Made by a program: the position numbers and the translations under genes. A stretch of DNA of 64,000 nt, from the NCBI GenBank assembly GCA_965655095.1, contig OZ296651.1:120652001-120716000 (forward strand), read 5' to 3'. Positions 12,205-24,885 of the stretch are shown piece by piece; the first letter of the stretch is position 1; every line of letters starts with the position of its first letter. The stretch comes from Haplodiscus bocki. Taxonomy: Eukaryota. Under the pieces are notes generated by a model that did no database searches, was not told the DNA's origin, and was given only the letters and a program-made list of their open reading frames with translations.

Positions 12205-13524
12205 ATGTCCGCAAACTTTAGATACGCTGCTCTTCCAAGCTCTTACACACTCAGCCTTAGATTTTTTCACGAGTCAAGTACTAATTGACTTTCAACGGTC
12301 GTACCACGAACAGGTTTAACCACTCACGAATGCTGATGCACCAGTTTTGGAGTTTGAATTTCAGGGTCCACAAACCGAGATAGGTGAGACTGTTGTCGAT
12401 TAGAAAAATCGCTCTGTCAAACTCGAATTGAAATTAGTCAATAAAAGTGGGGCTGTGAAAAACGGTACAGCTGAGACGCAAACTAAATCATCTCTTTATC
12501 AACAACTTGGGTCAAAGTCTTTTTCAAAATGTAGAAGTTGTTTTGAATGGTACAAGTGTTTCCTCCTCGAACAACTTGCATCCCTATAAGGCGATTGTAG
12601 AAGCTGATTTGTCTCACGAACCAGCAACAAAAGAAGGAATCTCACGAACACAAGGCCCGGTGGTATTTTTATGAGCCCGGTCCATCAGACAATAATGATG
12701 AAACAGAATCTTCGCCTTTTGGCGTCAGGCGCTTGATGGTGGATCAAACTGAAAAAAATTAATTTTTACTTTCCTTTATCGTACAGCTTTCTGTTGGGCA
12801 TAGACAAATATATACTCCCTGGAGTTGAAATCTGTATCAAGCTGACGTGTTCCATCAATCAAATTATTTTGCTGCATGACACTGTAACCAGCAAAAGCGT
12901 TGGCAATTTTTCTCTTCGAATTGCCTCAGCATCTTTGTCAGTTAACACGCTGGAGCTTCGTAGTGAAAGCTTCCTCTCAATGGAAAAGGCGTTGCTGAAG
13001 GAAGCTGCACAATACTACAAAGACGTCATAGCCAAAACATTTTTGATATCGGAAGGCAAGAGTATCTACTACAAAGATGATGTGTTCGACAAGGCACCCA
13101 TTAACAGATTAGTTCTTGCAATGGTTCCAGAGAAAAACTTTACGGGTGATTACAGAACACCCCGATCCGAGACTTTGAATTCGGGAGCGTTAAAATTAGG
13201 CGAGAGGGCGCACCTGTGGGGGCAACGCCAATTGATGAGAACTCCAGCCATATCAGGGCTTATTTCATAATCATGAAACCTCTTAGTTTCGAACACGTCG
13301 GAAACTGAATTATTACAGATGAATTCGAGCATCATTTTTGTCACGCCTTTCATTTGACTGCTGATTTGCTCATAGACGACGGTACAATACGTCCGGAATT
13401 GAGTGGAGCGCGACTGGGCCTTGAACTTAAGTTTGCCACAGTCACAGGCGAACCCATCCGTTCGATCGTTCTCGGAGAATGGCGCTCTGCGGTTTTTATC
13501 GATCGCAATGAACGAATTGGTTGA
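12205..13524 (+). pseudogene. Major capsid protein (double jelly-roll, hexon-like)
   Basis: HSALDFF...PVLEFEF; FINNLGQSLFQNVEVVLNG...NNLHPYKAIVEADLS; DKYILPGVEICIKL; C-terminal LGLELKF...IVLGEW. Confidence 0.9.
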
Positions 13525-14050
13525 CAATGAACGAATAAATAAAGTCATCTCTCTCGACCCATGCCTCAAACACCGCTTCGTTGGCTGCTTTGCTAATGAC
13601 ACAATCCCAGTCAGTGGCTACAAGGGAGGCAGGTTCGCCATTGTCAATACCAGCCCCCACTACTACTCTAACGGACATTGGCTACTTGTTGCCTGCCAAC
13701 AAAAGAAACTAATTCTCTATGACAGTTTTGGCCTAGACTCTACAAGTTTTTTCCCAGAAATGTCCACTGCCCTAAAAAAAGGACTGCGTGTTGATTATAA
13801 TACAAACATCTATCAATTAAATCCGAGTGATTTATCGAAACAATCTCTGCAAAGTTCATTGTGTGCTTTTTATTCTAAAGTTACTGCACATTTTTTATAC
13901 AACCATTCTCTAGACTCTTTTCTACATTATTTGATTGAAAATATATTACAAGTTGTTCTGTCAAACTATGATTTGAAAAATTCTCCAATTAAACTATTGA
14001 AGAGAAAAACTTCTTTGCGTGTTATACACCTGGGAAATCAGTTAGATTAG
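13508..14050 (+). CDS. Adenain-like cysteine protease
   Basis: FVGCFAND, IVNT...GHWLL, YDSFG, QSLQSSLCAFY (H-D-Q-C residues); frame open; start overlaps the MCP stop. Confidence 0.92.
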   Translation: MNELVDNERINKVISLDPCLKHRFVGCFANDTIPVSGYKGGRFAIVNTSPHYYSNGHWLLVACQQKKLILYDSFGLDSTSFFPEMSTALKKGLRVDYNTNIYQLNPSDLSKQSLQSSLCAFYSKVTAHFLYNHSLDSFLHYLIENILQVVLSNYDLKNSPIKLLKRKTSLRVIHLGNQLD

Positions 14051-14135
14051 TTTTAAAATTAGCATCGTCAACGTTGGTTGAGAAAACAGCAAGAATTCCA
14101 CAACCGCTTCGCTTAACGATACACTTGCAAAAACT

Positions 14136-14800
14136 TTGACATCTACTCAAGAGAAAGTCAATGAAGGCATTTTAAGTTCCACCGAAACAGCAGAAACTAT
14201 AGAGAAGCTTCAAAGCCAAATAAAATGTCTCTCCCAGAAGAAAAAATTAGCCGCAAGAAGCAGCAGATTTTGCGGATGTCCAGGATTAACTAGTCGAATA
14301 TTTATCGGAAGGAGAAGAATATGGCGAAGAAAAAGAACCCAGCTTTAAAAATAACGAAGAAATTGATTTGTCAAAGGACGAAGGGGCTTTTGAAACAACA
14401 AACAATTGCCTAAAAATTGAGCAAGCTTTAAAAAATTCAGACAACCAGTATTTCAAAGGTCATTTTTACTTGGGTTTCTGGTTGCTGAAAGTCAGCGAAT
14501 ATGACTTGAAAGAGAAAAAGAGGAAACACGGGGTTCAAAATTGACGAGTACACAATCAAGACGTTGAATCTAAAATACAAAAGAACTCAAATTCACCTTT
14601 TTATACGCCTCGGTAAATTAGTTAGAAAATATCCAAAGATGAAAAGACTTGGCAGGGGGCTTAACATCAACAAAATTGCCAAACGGTTTCCCTTGATTGA
14701 AAAAACGCTCGACAAGTATAGTATGTTCGGGAGCATGGACCGCGAAAAACCAAAAACGTTGAAGACCTCAGATTCCAATTGGAACCAGTACCCAAGCCTC
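14136..14800 (+). pseudogene. Maverick terminal accessory ORF remnant, unknown function
   Basis: Coiled-coil-like N-terminus and basic C-terminus in frameshifted pieces downstream of the protease. Confidence 0.35.
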
Positions 14801-14944
14801 TTCAGCTGCAGCACTTTAGTTTCCCCGCTTCGTGGTCTCCCCTTGAAGTTCGCATTACATCAGAAGAAGATAATGGTCCATGCGCCTCGCACACCACTCC
14901 ACCTACCGCTAGCCTCTAATTCTCTTGTCCCCAGCTTTTTCCTA

Positions 14945-15082
14945 CCCCGTCCCCCACACGCAATTTTGCTTACATTGCAACTGAAAATTCTCGGCTTTTC
15001 GAAACAACCTTCTTTCAAGTACATGAATGTCGATCGAAAATCTCAAAAAATAAACTTTTGAACTTGTGTGTGGGGGGCGGGG
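14945..15082. repeat. GC-rich imperfect inverted repeat near the right end of element 1
   Basis: ccccgtcccccacacgcaa (14945-14963) pairs with ttgtgtgtggggggcgggg (15064-15082). Confidence 0.7.
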
Positions 15083-16024
15083 CGGAAAAAGTTCCGTCCC
15101 GATTTTTTTTGTTATTGCCCCGTTACATTTTTCACGCTTTCAATTTATTTGTTTTGCTTGTTACATTATTCCACACAAAAATTACTAAACAGAAGTTTAA
15201 CTACACGTCACTCGTCTCCTCGATTTTTCAAGGTTAGAAAAACTTCTTAGAAGTCTTTCGGAGTCTTTCTTTTTATTGGATGCCGAGTTAAGACGTAAAA
15301 GCATGAGCATTCTTCTTCGGCCAAATAAGCTTCATAATCTGAATCTAAATTTTCATAATTTGAGATTCAGGGCATGTGTCAATTTTGATGATTGACAGGC
15401 GGTACCCAACTGAAATAAGTTCATTAACATTAACAATTCTGACTGTTGAGAACTCGAAATTTTAACATGTAACGTTCTTTGGGGACACCTAATACGCTGC
15501 CCACACTGTCTCATATTGAAAACATTGTTAAGTCAATCATGTCTTTTCAGGTTACGCTATTTTGCTGCCCAAAGTTTAAGAAGTTTGTACAATAAACAAC
15601 GCGCAAATCAACAAGTAACTGCCAAAAAGATGCCGTTTGGACCTTTGACACTAGATGACTAGACTCTCTGATGAGGTCCAAAAATCAGTTTTGGACAGGA
15701 TGAAAAACTATGCATGAGCCGGTTTCATTACAGTCAGAACGCGTAAAAAGAGAAAACTCGCGACGTTGGGTGTCACTGACGATCACTAAAAAACAATCTC
15801 CCGTGACAAAAACCTGACTTGAAAACTATTCTGGACCGGATTGTACATAGTTAATCGAAGTTGTTATATTGTGCGAACATTAATAAAGGAGGGCTTTCAC
15901 AATTGGTGTTGGAGTTTTATGTAAAAGTATCTCCCGTTCATATAATTTTTTTACAATTAGGAGCTGCAAGTTGCATTCATTTCTCACATATTGCAAACAC
16001 AAGAATGAGAAAAGAGGAGCTGAC

Positions 16025-16150
16025 TTGAGGGAGGAAGAAGAGGACGAGGACGACAGCGACAGTGGTGAGGTTCTCATTAATGTAGACGATGATGCGATTG
16101 GTGCAGCCCCCAGTGTAGATCACATCCACCAGCGCAGCATCTACTGTTGT
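16025..16150 (-). CDS. Tetraspanin exon 8
   Basis: cag|TTVDAALVDVIYTGGCTNRIIVYINENLTTVAVVLVLFFLPQ|gtcagc. Confidence 0.9.
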
Positions 16151-16238
16151 CTGAAACAGCACGCAAGACAACATTCAAACAGCAGCGGGCTCTGTAATAA
16201 TCAAACAGGTGAAGAAGTTAAAAGCAGCCACTACTCAC

Positions 16239-16301
16239 CCCATCACTACCCGTGCGAATGCCGAAGCCACACTGAGTGTTGTTGTGCACAACTCCAAAGC
16301 C
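16239..16301 (-). CDS. Tetraspanin exon 7
   Basis: tag|GFGVVHNNTQCGFGIRTGSDG|gtgagt. Confidence 0.88.
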
Positions 16302-17158
16302 CTAACCAGACAAAGTAACATTGTAGAACAACAGCAACAACATTCCACCGTAACAACAGTCAACTTGACTACAGTAGTGATTTTAATTATTGCGACAACT
16401 TTAATGCATAAGTCAACTTTGAGCACGAATAACTTCGGGAAGAATAATTTTGGACAAAAGTACCAGAAATAAAATATTCTTAGAATTTTCAGGAGATTAT
16501 AATGGTATTTGTTTGAAAAATTTCCAATAAATACAACAAAAACTAGAAAATGCGTTTTTGGCCAAATTTTCCATTCTTTTGAGATTTTCGTAACTTTAAA
16601 AAATTAACAATGGAATTTTACTTCATCGATAGATGCCCCTGATGTTTCTGCGACAGCTGATAACATCTATTGGCGGAAAAGTTTTCAAAAACTATTCGAA
16701 AATTCATCTTTAATCTACTAAATTTGAAAATCAATGTATTAAAATAGGATGTTAAAATTATACTTTTACTTTTTGCAAACTGTTCTGAAAATTCAAAGTT
16801 GTGAAAAAAGTGTTAAAGATAAAAGCTGTGGGGAATAACCAAAACTAACAAATAATGTAATTTGTATCTTGCTATTTTGCATCACTGTCAAGATTTTTTA
16901 CGGAAACTGCCAAAATTAGTCAATATTCGCAATGCTTGCATGGTTTACTTACTCAACTTTGGAACGCGATTTTCTACCTCTTTGAAGTAATTATTTTGGC
17001 AAATAAAATATCCATGTCGTAGACCTTTTAATGAGCTTTCTCAGAGTACTTTTGTTTACTCTGATCTCCAATTATTTACTTCTCCACTTAGGATTTTGTA
17101 AAGCGTATCAAAATTGCTTAGTCGCATTAATTAAAATCACTACTGTACATGTACTTAC

Positions 17159-17266
17159 TCTGCAACAGGAGAAAGGCACTCCACATTTGGAGACGGCGAT
17201 GCTGTCACACGCAAAGTAAATGTTGCTGTCCCAGTCATTAGGGCCGCTGCCTCCACAGCACTCCAA
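17159..17266 (-). CDS. Tetraspanin exon 6 (CCG motif)
   Basis: tag|LECCGGSGPNDWDSNIYFACDSIAVSKCGVPFSCCR|gtaagt. Confidence 0.95.
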
Positions 17267-17342
17267 CTACACGAAACAACACATGAAATACAATATGTAC
17301 AGTGGTGCATGCAAGTAGTTATGAGATTGAGACTGAACGAAC

Positions 17343-17438
17343 TCCGTATTGCATGTAGTCCAGGGCATTCCTGAGGTCAATGTCGTCATTGTATGCCTTG
17401 ACGGCTCTGTTGAAGAACCCATTCAAAGATCCTTGCAT
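17343..17438 (-). CDS. Tetraspanin exon 5
   Basis: cag|MQGSLNGFFNRAVKAYNDDIDLRNALDYMQYG|gttcgt. Confidence 0.92.
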
Positions 17439-17560
17439 CTGTTCAAACATAAAACACATCAATGGCAGCAGCGACAGCCTTCACTCAACTACAAAGTTGT
17501 TATACTGCTGAAACAGCTGTTCTCTTTGCTTCGCACTTGACTTGAATAAATTTCACTAAC

Positions 17561-17635
17561 CCGACTGTTGAGCGTGAACACTAAGATGACTGCAACCAGC
17601 TGCAGGAGCAGTCCCAATCCCATTACCCCAATAAA
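17561..17635 (-). CDS. Tetraspanin exon 4 (TM3)
   Basis: tag|FIGVMGLGLLLQLVAVILVFTLNSR|gttagt. Confidence 0.9.
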
Positions 17636-17727
17636 CTAAATAGCAATACATTACTCAATTACAATGCCACAGAGCAAGCAATGAATGAAAGCACCTGATC
17701 ACTAAGAAAAGAAAATAGGGGTACTAC

Positions 17728-17916
17728 CGCTTTGAGCAAGTAAGTGTTTTCTCTCAGTGCGCCGACACATGCCGCGAAAGAGGTCAAGAAGATGAGTATG
17801 CCGAGAAGTATGAGCAGCAGAGAGGGACTGGTCACGACCGCACTCAGAGCATTGCCATAATCCGCATTCACTGCCAACGCCCAAAGTCCAATCACAATCA
17901 ACACGAACGAGATTAC
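17728..17916 (-). CDS. Tetraspanin exon 3 (end of TM1, TM2)
   Basis: cag|VISFVLIVIGLWA...FAACVGALRENTYLLKA|gtagta. Confidence 0.95.
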
Positions 17917-18008
17917 CTGCATCACACAAAACTACATCTAGATCACCTTCAACAAAACATCCGTGAAAACATCCAAGCCAATTCAAATTGGACTCCTATA
18001 GCTTTACA

Positions 18009-18388
18009 ACATGCATCAAACGAAAGAGTCCATTCAGAAGCAAATCCTACCAAGAAGCGGTGATAGGAAACTGTGATAACTGGAATATTAGGTCATAAGA
18101 GAGGAGTACATTCATCAAACGAAAGAGTTCGAACAAAATCAAACGCTACGAAAAAGAAGTGATAGGAAACTGTGACACCTGGAAAATTAGGACAAAGGAG
18201 AAGAGAACATGCATCAAACCAAAGAGTTCATTCAGAAGCGAAGGCTACGAAAAAGCGGTGACAGGAAACTGTGATAATTGGAAAATGAGGACATTGACGA
18301 GTACATGCAATAAGTGAAAGAGTCCACTTAAAAGCAAATGCTATCAAGAAGCGGTGATAAAAAAACCGTGATACCTGGAACATTAGGA
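18009..18388. repeat. Tandem repeat, about 99-bp unit, 4 copies
   Basis: acatgcatcaaacgaaagag...gtgataggaaactgtgata recurs at 18009, 18108, 18207 and 18303. Confidence 0.92.
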
Positions 18389-18891
18389 GTAATATAGGAA
18401 ATGGGGGTGTTCACAACGGTGGGGTCCTTCCAGAAATAGCTCACAACGGGTCCAATCCTTCCATATTTAGGTTTTGTAAATATTTATTTGTCTATGATGT
18501 AATACTGTTTACATGGCAATGAAGTTTATATAGCGCCAACGTTTTCACAGCAGTGAATTTTATGTAGCAGCGCATAAAGTTTTGTTATGTGTTTTTAAAA
18601 TGAACTAGAGTTGACCTTCAGTTTAGATGATAATGAATAAGTCTTGATAATTTAAGTATTTAGTATCTGAAACTCTTGTATTGATTCATTGAACCATCAT
18701 TGATCTCTGCTATGCTAACTGAGCTATGAGCTTTTCTGTTTCTAACTGAATGAATGTTCGCTCATTTTTCACGTTGGCTTTCTCGCTGTTTCTACGCGGC
18801 GTTATGTTGTCCAATGTTTTTCCACCCGAGTGTTTTCCTTGTTGGAAATGTATTTCCCCAATACCTATTTTTTTTAATTTTTCCCGACAAA

Positions 18892-19756
18892 ATGAATACA
18901 CGAGGAGGCTCATCCCGCTCTAGCTTCAACCCCCTAGGGTGCACATACACCACTCTTGGGCCCAACCAGTTTGTGGCTGCAAGGACTGTGGATGAAGTAC
19001 TAGTACATGCAACTGAAGCTGCGGTCATCCGAAGCCCTGTCATTCGGCAGGTATTCCGACTCAGCTTGAGAGGAGTGCAGCAGGACGGCGGCGAATGACC
19101 TCACAACGCTCGCCCAGCATGTGGAATGGCAAGCAGAAACGACGCGGCATTATGAAACGGTATTTGTGAAGCAGTTCCACCCCAAGGGCGTTCTGGCAGT
19201 TGACAATAACGACTACTACGAGCTTCAGGAGCCGCACTGGGTCAGAGCCCCTAACGTAGTTCACGATCCATCTGTACTTCACCACTGGCAAAGCATTCAC
19301 CAGCTGGCATTTCGATACGATTGCAAACGTCTTGCCTGTCTTCTCACAGCTTCAAAAGGGTCGAAGTTGTGGTGGCTGGCTACAAAAAGATCTTCGCGAA
19401 GTTTGCAAGGCAGGGAGACACCCCACAGTTTGTTGGAGTGGACAGAAGAAGTGTCAGTACGGTTTGCTGTGGACGTGGCTTGGCGAACACTGGAGGTGGA
19501 TGACGTGGTCTGCGTGCCATAGGGCGTTGCTCATCACGTCTAGTCCTTTGAGCAAACGTCGATGGTTACGCTCAACACTTTGCCCCCACAGGAAGAGTTG
19601 AACCTAATCAATGCCAAGACTCATGTACATGTACAAGTGGACGACATAATGTGCGGCTCCGAAGGCCCACGTAAACAAGGTCGGCTCCCAGAACTGGCTG
19701 GAGGCTACCAAATAGAAAAAAATTTGGAAGACGTTGAAGTGATTTTCATTTTTTGA
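18892..19756 (+). pseudogene. Intronless JmjC/cupin-like pseudogene
   Basis: LAFRYD...LLTASKGSKLWWLA...TLEVDDVVCVP*GVAHHV*SFEQTSMVTLN; one frameshift near 19080 and two TAG stops. Confidence 0.6.
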
Positions 19757-20169
19757 ATGTTTGATAACATGTTCGCCTGTTAACAAAACCACCATCCAAG
19801 GTTTTGAACCCACTTATGCCATGTACTAGGCCTCTATACATGCCAAGACGAGGCGGGTTTTCTATTTAAAGGCTGTAAAAGATGGTAGACGCGTAATAGA
19901 ATTTGAATTATCTTCTATAAAATAGCTAAAGTTCAAATTTCCCCTTACTCCGAAATTTGAATTTTTCTCATTTGTTACTTACCATTAAGAATCAAATGAG
20001 CATGCTTCTCAAATTAGGACTTTAGGTTGAGATCGCTTTTATTGATTTTACAAGCTAGTCCATTCTTGTTTATATAGATAATTTACGAAGTTTGAGTGTA
20101 CTTGAGTAAAGAAAAGACAGAATAACTCCAGCTAAATATATTTTTTTTGAGTAAACTTACGTGCTAACA

Positions 20170-20390
20170 TATTTCTTGCAAGATTCTTACAGGGAAATTT
20201 TTTTCTTGCAAGTTTCTTGGGGAAACCTTTCATTTCTTGCAAGAATCCTGCAAGCATCTTGCAAGATTTAATTTGGTCTGCAAGACTCTTGCAAGAAATG
20301 ATTGTGTCTGCAAGAAACTTGCAAGAAATGTTGATTTTGCAAGAACCTTGCAAGATTCTTTCAAGATTTGTTTTTACTGTTGACCAGGGT
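20170..20390. repeat. Array of palindromic TCTTGCAAGA-like units, probably a non-autonomous repeat fragment
   Basis: 11 TGCAAG cores at about 11- and 19-30-bp spacing, ending in ttgaccaggg. Confidence 0.85.
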
Positions 20391-20794
20391 ATTTACAATC
20401 TGTTTCATTACCAAACGCAAAAATTTTACCACGTCTCCTCGCTCTCTCAGTTTTAAACTAGGTCTTCGGTTAAGACTTGACGACCTCACTAACGCTGAGA
20501 AGTTCTAGGTCAAAAGAATTTTCCCTTTTGAGGTCTCTTCAACTGTGGAATGTTGAGAAAAAAATGAATAATGTCTCACGGGACAAAAAAGAGCCTCGTG
20601 CAAGCAATAATGAGTTTTCTGCTCTGAAACAACCGCAAAAATCACTAAAGAAGAAATAAAATGGAACACATTAACACTGAAAAGATAAGTTTCATGAGAA
20701 GTTAGATAAATCCGACAATTTGACAATAATGGCATGTCTTTTTGTCGGTGGTTCCCCGTTGTCTTCTGAAACCACTTCAATCTCTTCTGCCTCA

Positions 20795-23700
20795 TCATCT
20801 ATGTAAGGGATTTAAAGACCTGACGAAATTTCCTCTCTGTTTAAGTGCGCAATCCCTTAACAAGGTGTCCCAACTAGGGCTTGATGTAACTTCCTCTTCT
20901 ACCCACTCGGGATTGGTTGAAATTTCGCAAAAAGCAGCAATGACTCTGACGAGAGAATGACCAAAAAGTAGGGTACCAATGCCATTCTCTAGAATGTACC
21001 TCTTATCGTCAAATGCTGACAAAGATACTTTATTAAAAGAGATTGTCTCTAATTGGTGCTTTTTGCAACCAATGAGAAAAGTGTATGTTCTTATCATGTC
21101 CCGCGTTGATATCACTTCTTTGTAGACATCATGTTTCAGAAGGCGTTGAGCATAACGCCAAACCCCCTTAGCTGATAAATTTTGTTTCGCGTCATCAAAC
21201 TTGATAAAACATTCTTGGTTCTAAACCAATGATTTCTTCCAATATCTGCCCACCCAATTCATATTTAAACAAAAGCGTCACCATTTTTCGATCCCCAAAG
21301 AACAGCGGGTGATTTTTCAGACAATTTAAGAAATCAAAATACTTGTTGAGTTCTCGATTCTCAGCTAATTTCTCATGTAAGTCTTGGTGTTTCACTTCAT
21401 GGAGATGTTAATCAGTGTCTGGGTATATTAGCTCGCAATTGAAATGTTGCTTCATAACTTATTATTGAAAGTTAAACAAATGAAACTTTGCCAACTCAAT
21501 AACGCATGCTCCCACGATGGTAGGTTTTTTCCAATAAACTTCTGGCTTTCTGAGAAATAAAGCACCAAAGTTCTCATCGAAAATCTTAAAATTCTTTAAC
21601 AAAAACTTACTAGTTGCTTTTCGGGTTTCTTCTAACGCTCTAATAGGCTGCACTTGCACTCCATTTCGCTCAACTCTAGAGTTTTGCCATAACTGTAATT
21701 CATCCTCTAGAAAACACTTTCATGGAACTTATTTGTTGCTTGTTGACTCTTTTTGGTGCTTTTTAACAATGTAAGGCTTCAACTACAAAGACTGGGTAAA
21801 CTACAGGACGCGATGAACTTTTTAAGCGATCATTCTTAACTCAACGTAAAGTAGAAGATTGAGAAAATGCACGGTGTAAATTCTCTTCTTCATTGTCTGT
21901 AGAAGCTTGGGAGCTGTAACTTTTTTAGTACTCATTATTTCCAAGAGATTCGTTTGAAAATCAGCGAGAAAACTTCCAGGAATGTGTTCTTTTGTAGGAG
22001 CTAACGGTAAGTCTTTCTGACCGTCATGGATTACATCCGGGTAGTCCAAGTCGACCTCTAAGATATATCCAATTTGCAAATAAGCGCTTGTGTTGGATTT
22101 GATGAAGAGGAACAACAACTTTTTGGAAGCCATCCAAGGGTAGGGGTAACTTTTCTTTGACTCCCCATACAAAGTGTTCGCATCAATTTAAAGCCCCCCG
22201 GAAGTGGTTTCTCCGTCCGCACAGAAACCTTTCAAATACTAGTTGTTAGCTATGAAGAATCTTTTCTGTCGCCACTCCTCCGCGAATCAATTTTTCCGCC
22301 ATCTCGAAACGTTTGCGGTCTGTAAGGAGCTCCAAGTCTGCATCACTTATCTTGAACAAAGCATCTCCGCAAAGGTTTGAGCTCATGGAAGTGATAACTA
22401 TCGAGCTCGTACGTGTCATAACATACAAGAAGTCCTCCACTACACAAGGTAACAGCAAAGTATCACACTTCAAATAGGGATCATGGTAATCGCCCAATGT
22501 TCTACATCCAAAAGTAGCAAACACTTTCTCGACATAAGAGTAATCAGTTTCAGTAACGGCAATTTCATTACCTCTCAAACTGTTGGTCAAGAAATATAAA
22601 GGCAGTTCTGTTTCGTTGAAGTTGGAAAATTTGTCTAATACAACTGTGAATAAAATCCCTTCTGATGCAACAACTGCCCTTCAAGTGGTTGATAATTGCC
22701 GAAACATTGGTCTAACATTTTAAAGGTCTCAGAAGGTGAACAACTGACTAATTTGTCTGAAGATGATGGCAGGAAGCAAGAAAAGTGAATGAATCGCAAG
22801 TATTGATGAACATTTTCTAACACCGCGCTTATTTACGAACTAATTGACTTTTACACCAATTGACAAGGTATTAAACTTTTCATCTGTTAAGAGGTTTGAT
22901 ATCCAGTTTACACTCCTGATCAAACTCATGCAAGTTTTTGCAGAGATGTGAAGGTGATAAGTTGACGAATTGTGAGCAACAACAGGAGTGCAGTTGATGC
23001 TCTTTTTCAAACTGCATTGACTATGGGCATATCCAAGGAACTTCCACGAAGATTGGTAATGATCTAAGATTTTATTGTCATCCCAGAAAGGGGAACTACA
23101 TATCCAGCATTGTGTTGCTTAATCGCTTGGATATCGCTCTGTATCGCGGAAAACTCGATAACTTTGCTTGTTGATAAATTTCTTTGGCGACCAACTGCAA
23201 CTGGAGTGCAACTTTCATGCATGTTTTTGAGCTGTCAGTCGCAACATGTACAGGCTCTGAAGAACCATGCTCTACGATAACAAAACAAAAACCACACGGT
23301 TCCTGTTTCTCAATATCATTTCTGGTGGATGCAGTTACTGCTGTTGATATGATTACGGACTCTAAAAGAACAAAAAAATCACAACTGGTGCATTTGCGCG
23401 TGCATTGAAATTGTTGAAAACGACTTTCTTGTGGTTTTCAGGAGGCATTTCAATTGTGGCCGCTTCATATTTCACACAGTTAGCAGAAGGATTATCATAA
23501 TTTGAAGTTGAACAAACATGGAAGCAATTCTTGCAGATCACATCGTCACTTTGAGGCTTTCACTGCTTAACGTGATTCACCAGATTCAGTAAAATCTTAA
23601 TGAGGACGTAATGGTAGACGTTGTCCTCTTGTATTTACAAAAAATCCATAAGAAACGTCAAGTCGAATCGCTTCGACCAGCGAAGCTCTAAAAGTGATTT

Positions 23701-24540
23701 ATCCTCATACTTGAAAACACTGCTTTGAACACTATTCATGTCTTCAGAGCTCTCCATGTCCTTGAACCCCACTGGCTTTTCGAATGAAGCCGAAGATTGG
23801 TGAGCTGCAGGATTGTTTTCGCTGTAGAAGGATAAACAGCAGGACGTGTAACTTGTCTCATTTCGGAGAAGATGAGCATGGTTCAAGTGGTAAGCAGCAG
23901 TAAAACAGTATGGGAAACATTTATTGTCAAGTTGGTTGCGATTAATTAACTCACTTGGAATGCCTTGCAATTCCGCAGGTAAGGCAAAATACGAGGAACC
24001 CGTCACTGGATTGAAGGAAGCCAGTTTTAATTTATCATGATTAATTCTGTCTGGAGCCAATCCTCTTCCATGTGGTGTGAAGGAGAGCAAAGTGGCTAGC
24101 ATTCTGTTGAGCATCTCAAAACAGTCTTGTTTCGATAGTCCCTCAACGAAGTCGGAGTCATTTCTAAGTTTATATACAATTCCGTTTTTTTCGGATTCAT
24201 CAGCAATTGGCTTTTCCAGTCAAAACTTTACCGAGATTTGCACCATCAATGGTTTTTTTTCGGTGCATTTTCCAATAATATTTCACGAATGAGTGGTTCT
24301 TTTTTTCATCATGAAGTCTTAAAAATCAATGCTGTCATCGCTTTGAACGAAAATTTTGAACGAATGTTCAAAAACAGACCTTACAGGAAGCTCCATGGTG
24401 GTATCTTTGGTGACCGGTAAGGAATGGTCTGATTGCAAATGGCTATTGAAGTCATTCTCAAACAAAAAGATTTTACCAAACACAAACTCTTGTGGGATAA
24501 CCATTGCGAGTGGTCAAAAAATGCAATTACATTTCTAGCA
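20795..24540 (-). pseudogene. pPolB of Maverick element 2
   Basis: GSSYFALP...NQLDNKCFPYC; YHDPYLKCDTLLL; LIRGG; DANTLYG; GYILEVDLDYP; KPTIVGACVIELAK; YPDTD; SAFDDKRYILENG. Confidence 0.95.
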
Positions 24541-24729
24541 AGGATTGCGAGTCATGGCTGCAGAAACTCGAAATTAAATCAGGCTCACTTTTTTTCCATC
24601 CGTGAATATTATTTTTATGTCTATTCAAAATCAGACGATTCGCAAAAGTTTTCAGACACATGTCACAATGTTTCATATCATCAAGAGTGTCTTCTTTTAT
24701 CTGCTTTTCGTTTCCGCAGTTGTGCCTTT

Positions 24730-24885
24730 TATTGGTTGGAGGTCTTTTATTGGTTTTGGTACATTGTGATTTTAATTAATTCTTAGTTTCGACATCTGCT
24801 GGCTTCTGATTGGTTGAAAGTGCTGATAAAATATTTAGCTCTTATCTGCTTCAATTCGGACTAGTGCTTGACTCTGATTGGTTGA
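24730..24885 (-). promoter_or_regulatory. Cluster of CCAAT boxes upstream of element-2 pPolB
   Basis: Four ATTGGTT motifs on + (about 24731, 24749, 24809, 24877) read as AACCAAT on the coding strand. Confidence 0.4.

Larger units (their letters stand above)
1450..15250 (+). mobile_element. Maverick/Polinton (adintovirus-like) element 1, decayed; boundaries approximate
   Basis: Co-oriented pPolB, packaging ATPase, rve integrase, basic core-like protein, double-jelly-roll MCP and adenain-type protease, most broken by stops or frameshifts. No matching TIR pair identified. Confidence 0.93.

Noticed and set aside
15350-15410. Final tetraspanin exon (cag|LGTACQSSKLTHALNLKL*)
   Set aside because: It does not complete TM4 convincingly. 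The true last exon may lie beyond position 1.
15971-16472. Plus-strand ORFs 15971-16318 and 16209-16472
   Set aside because: Antisense shadows of tetraspanin exons 7-8.
18009-18388. CRISPR-like array (also considered for 20170-20390, 28250-28740 and 44201-44322)
   Set aside because: Whole units are homologous with no unique spacers, there are no cas genes, and the context is eukaryotic.
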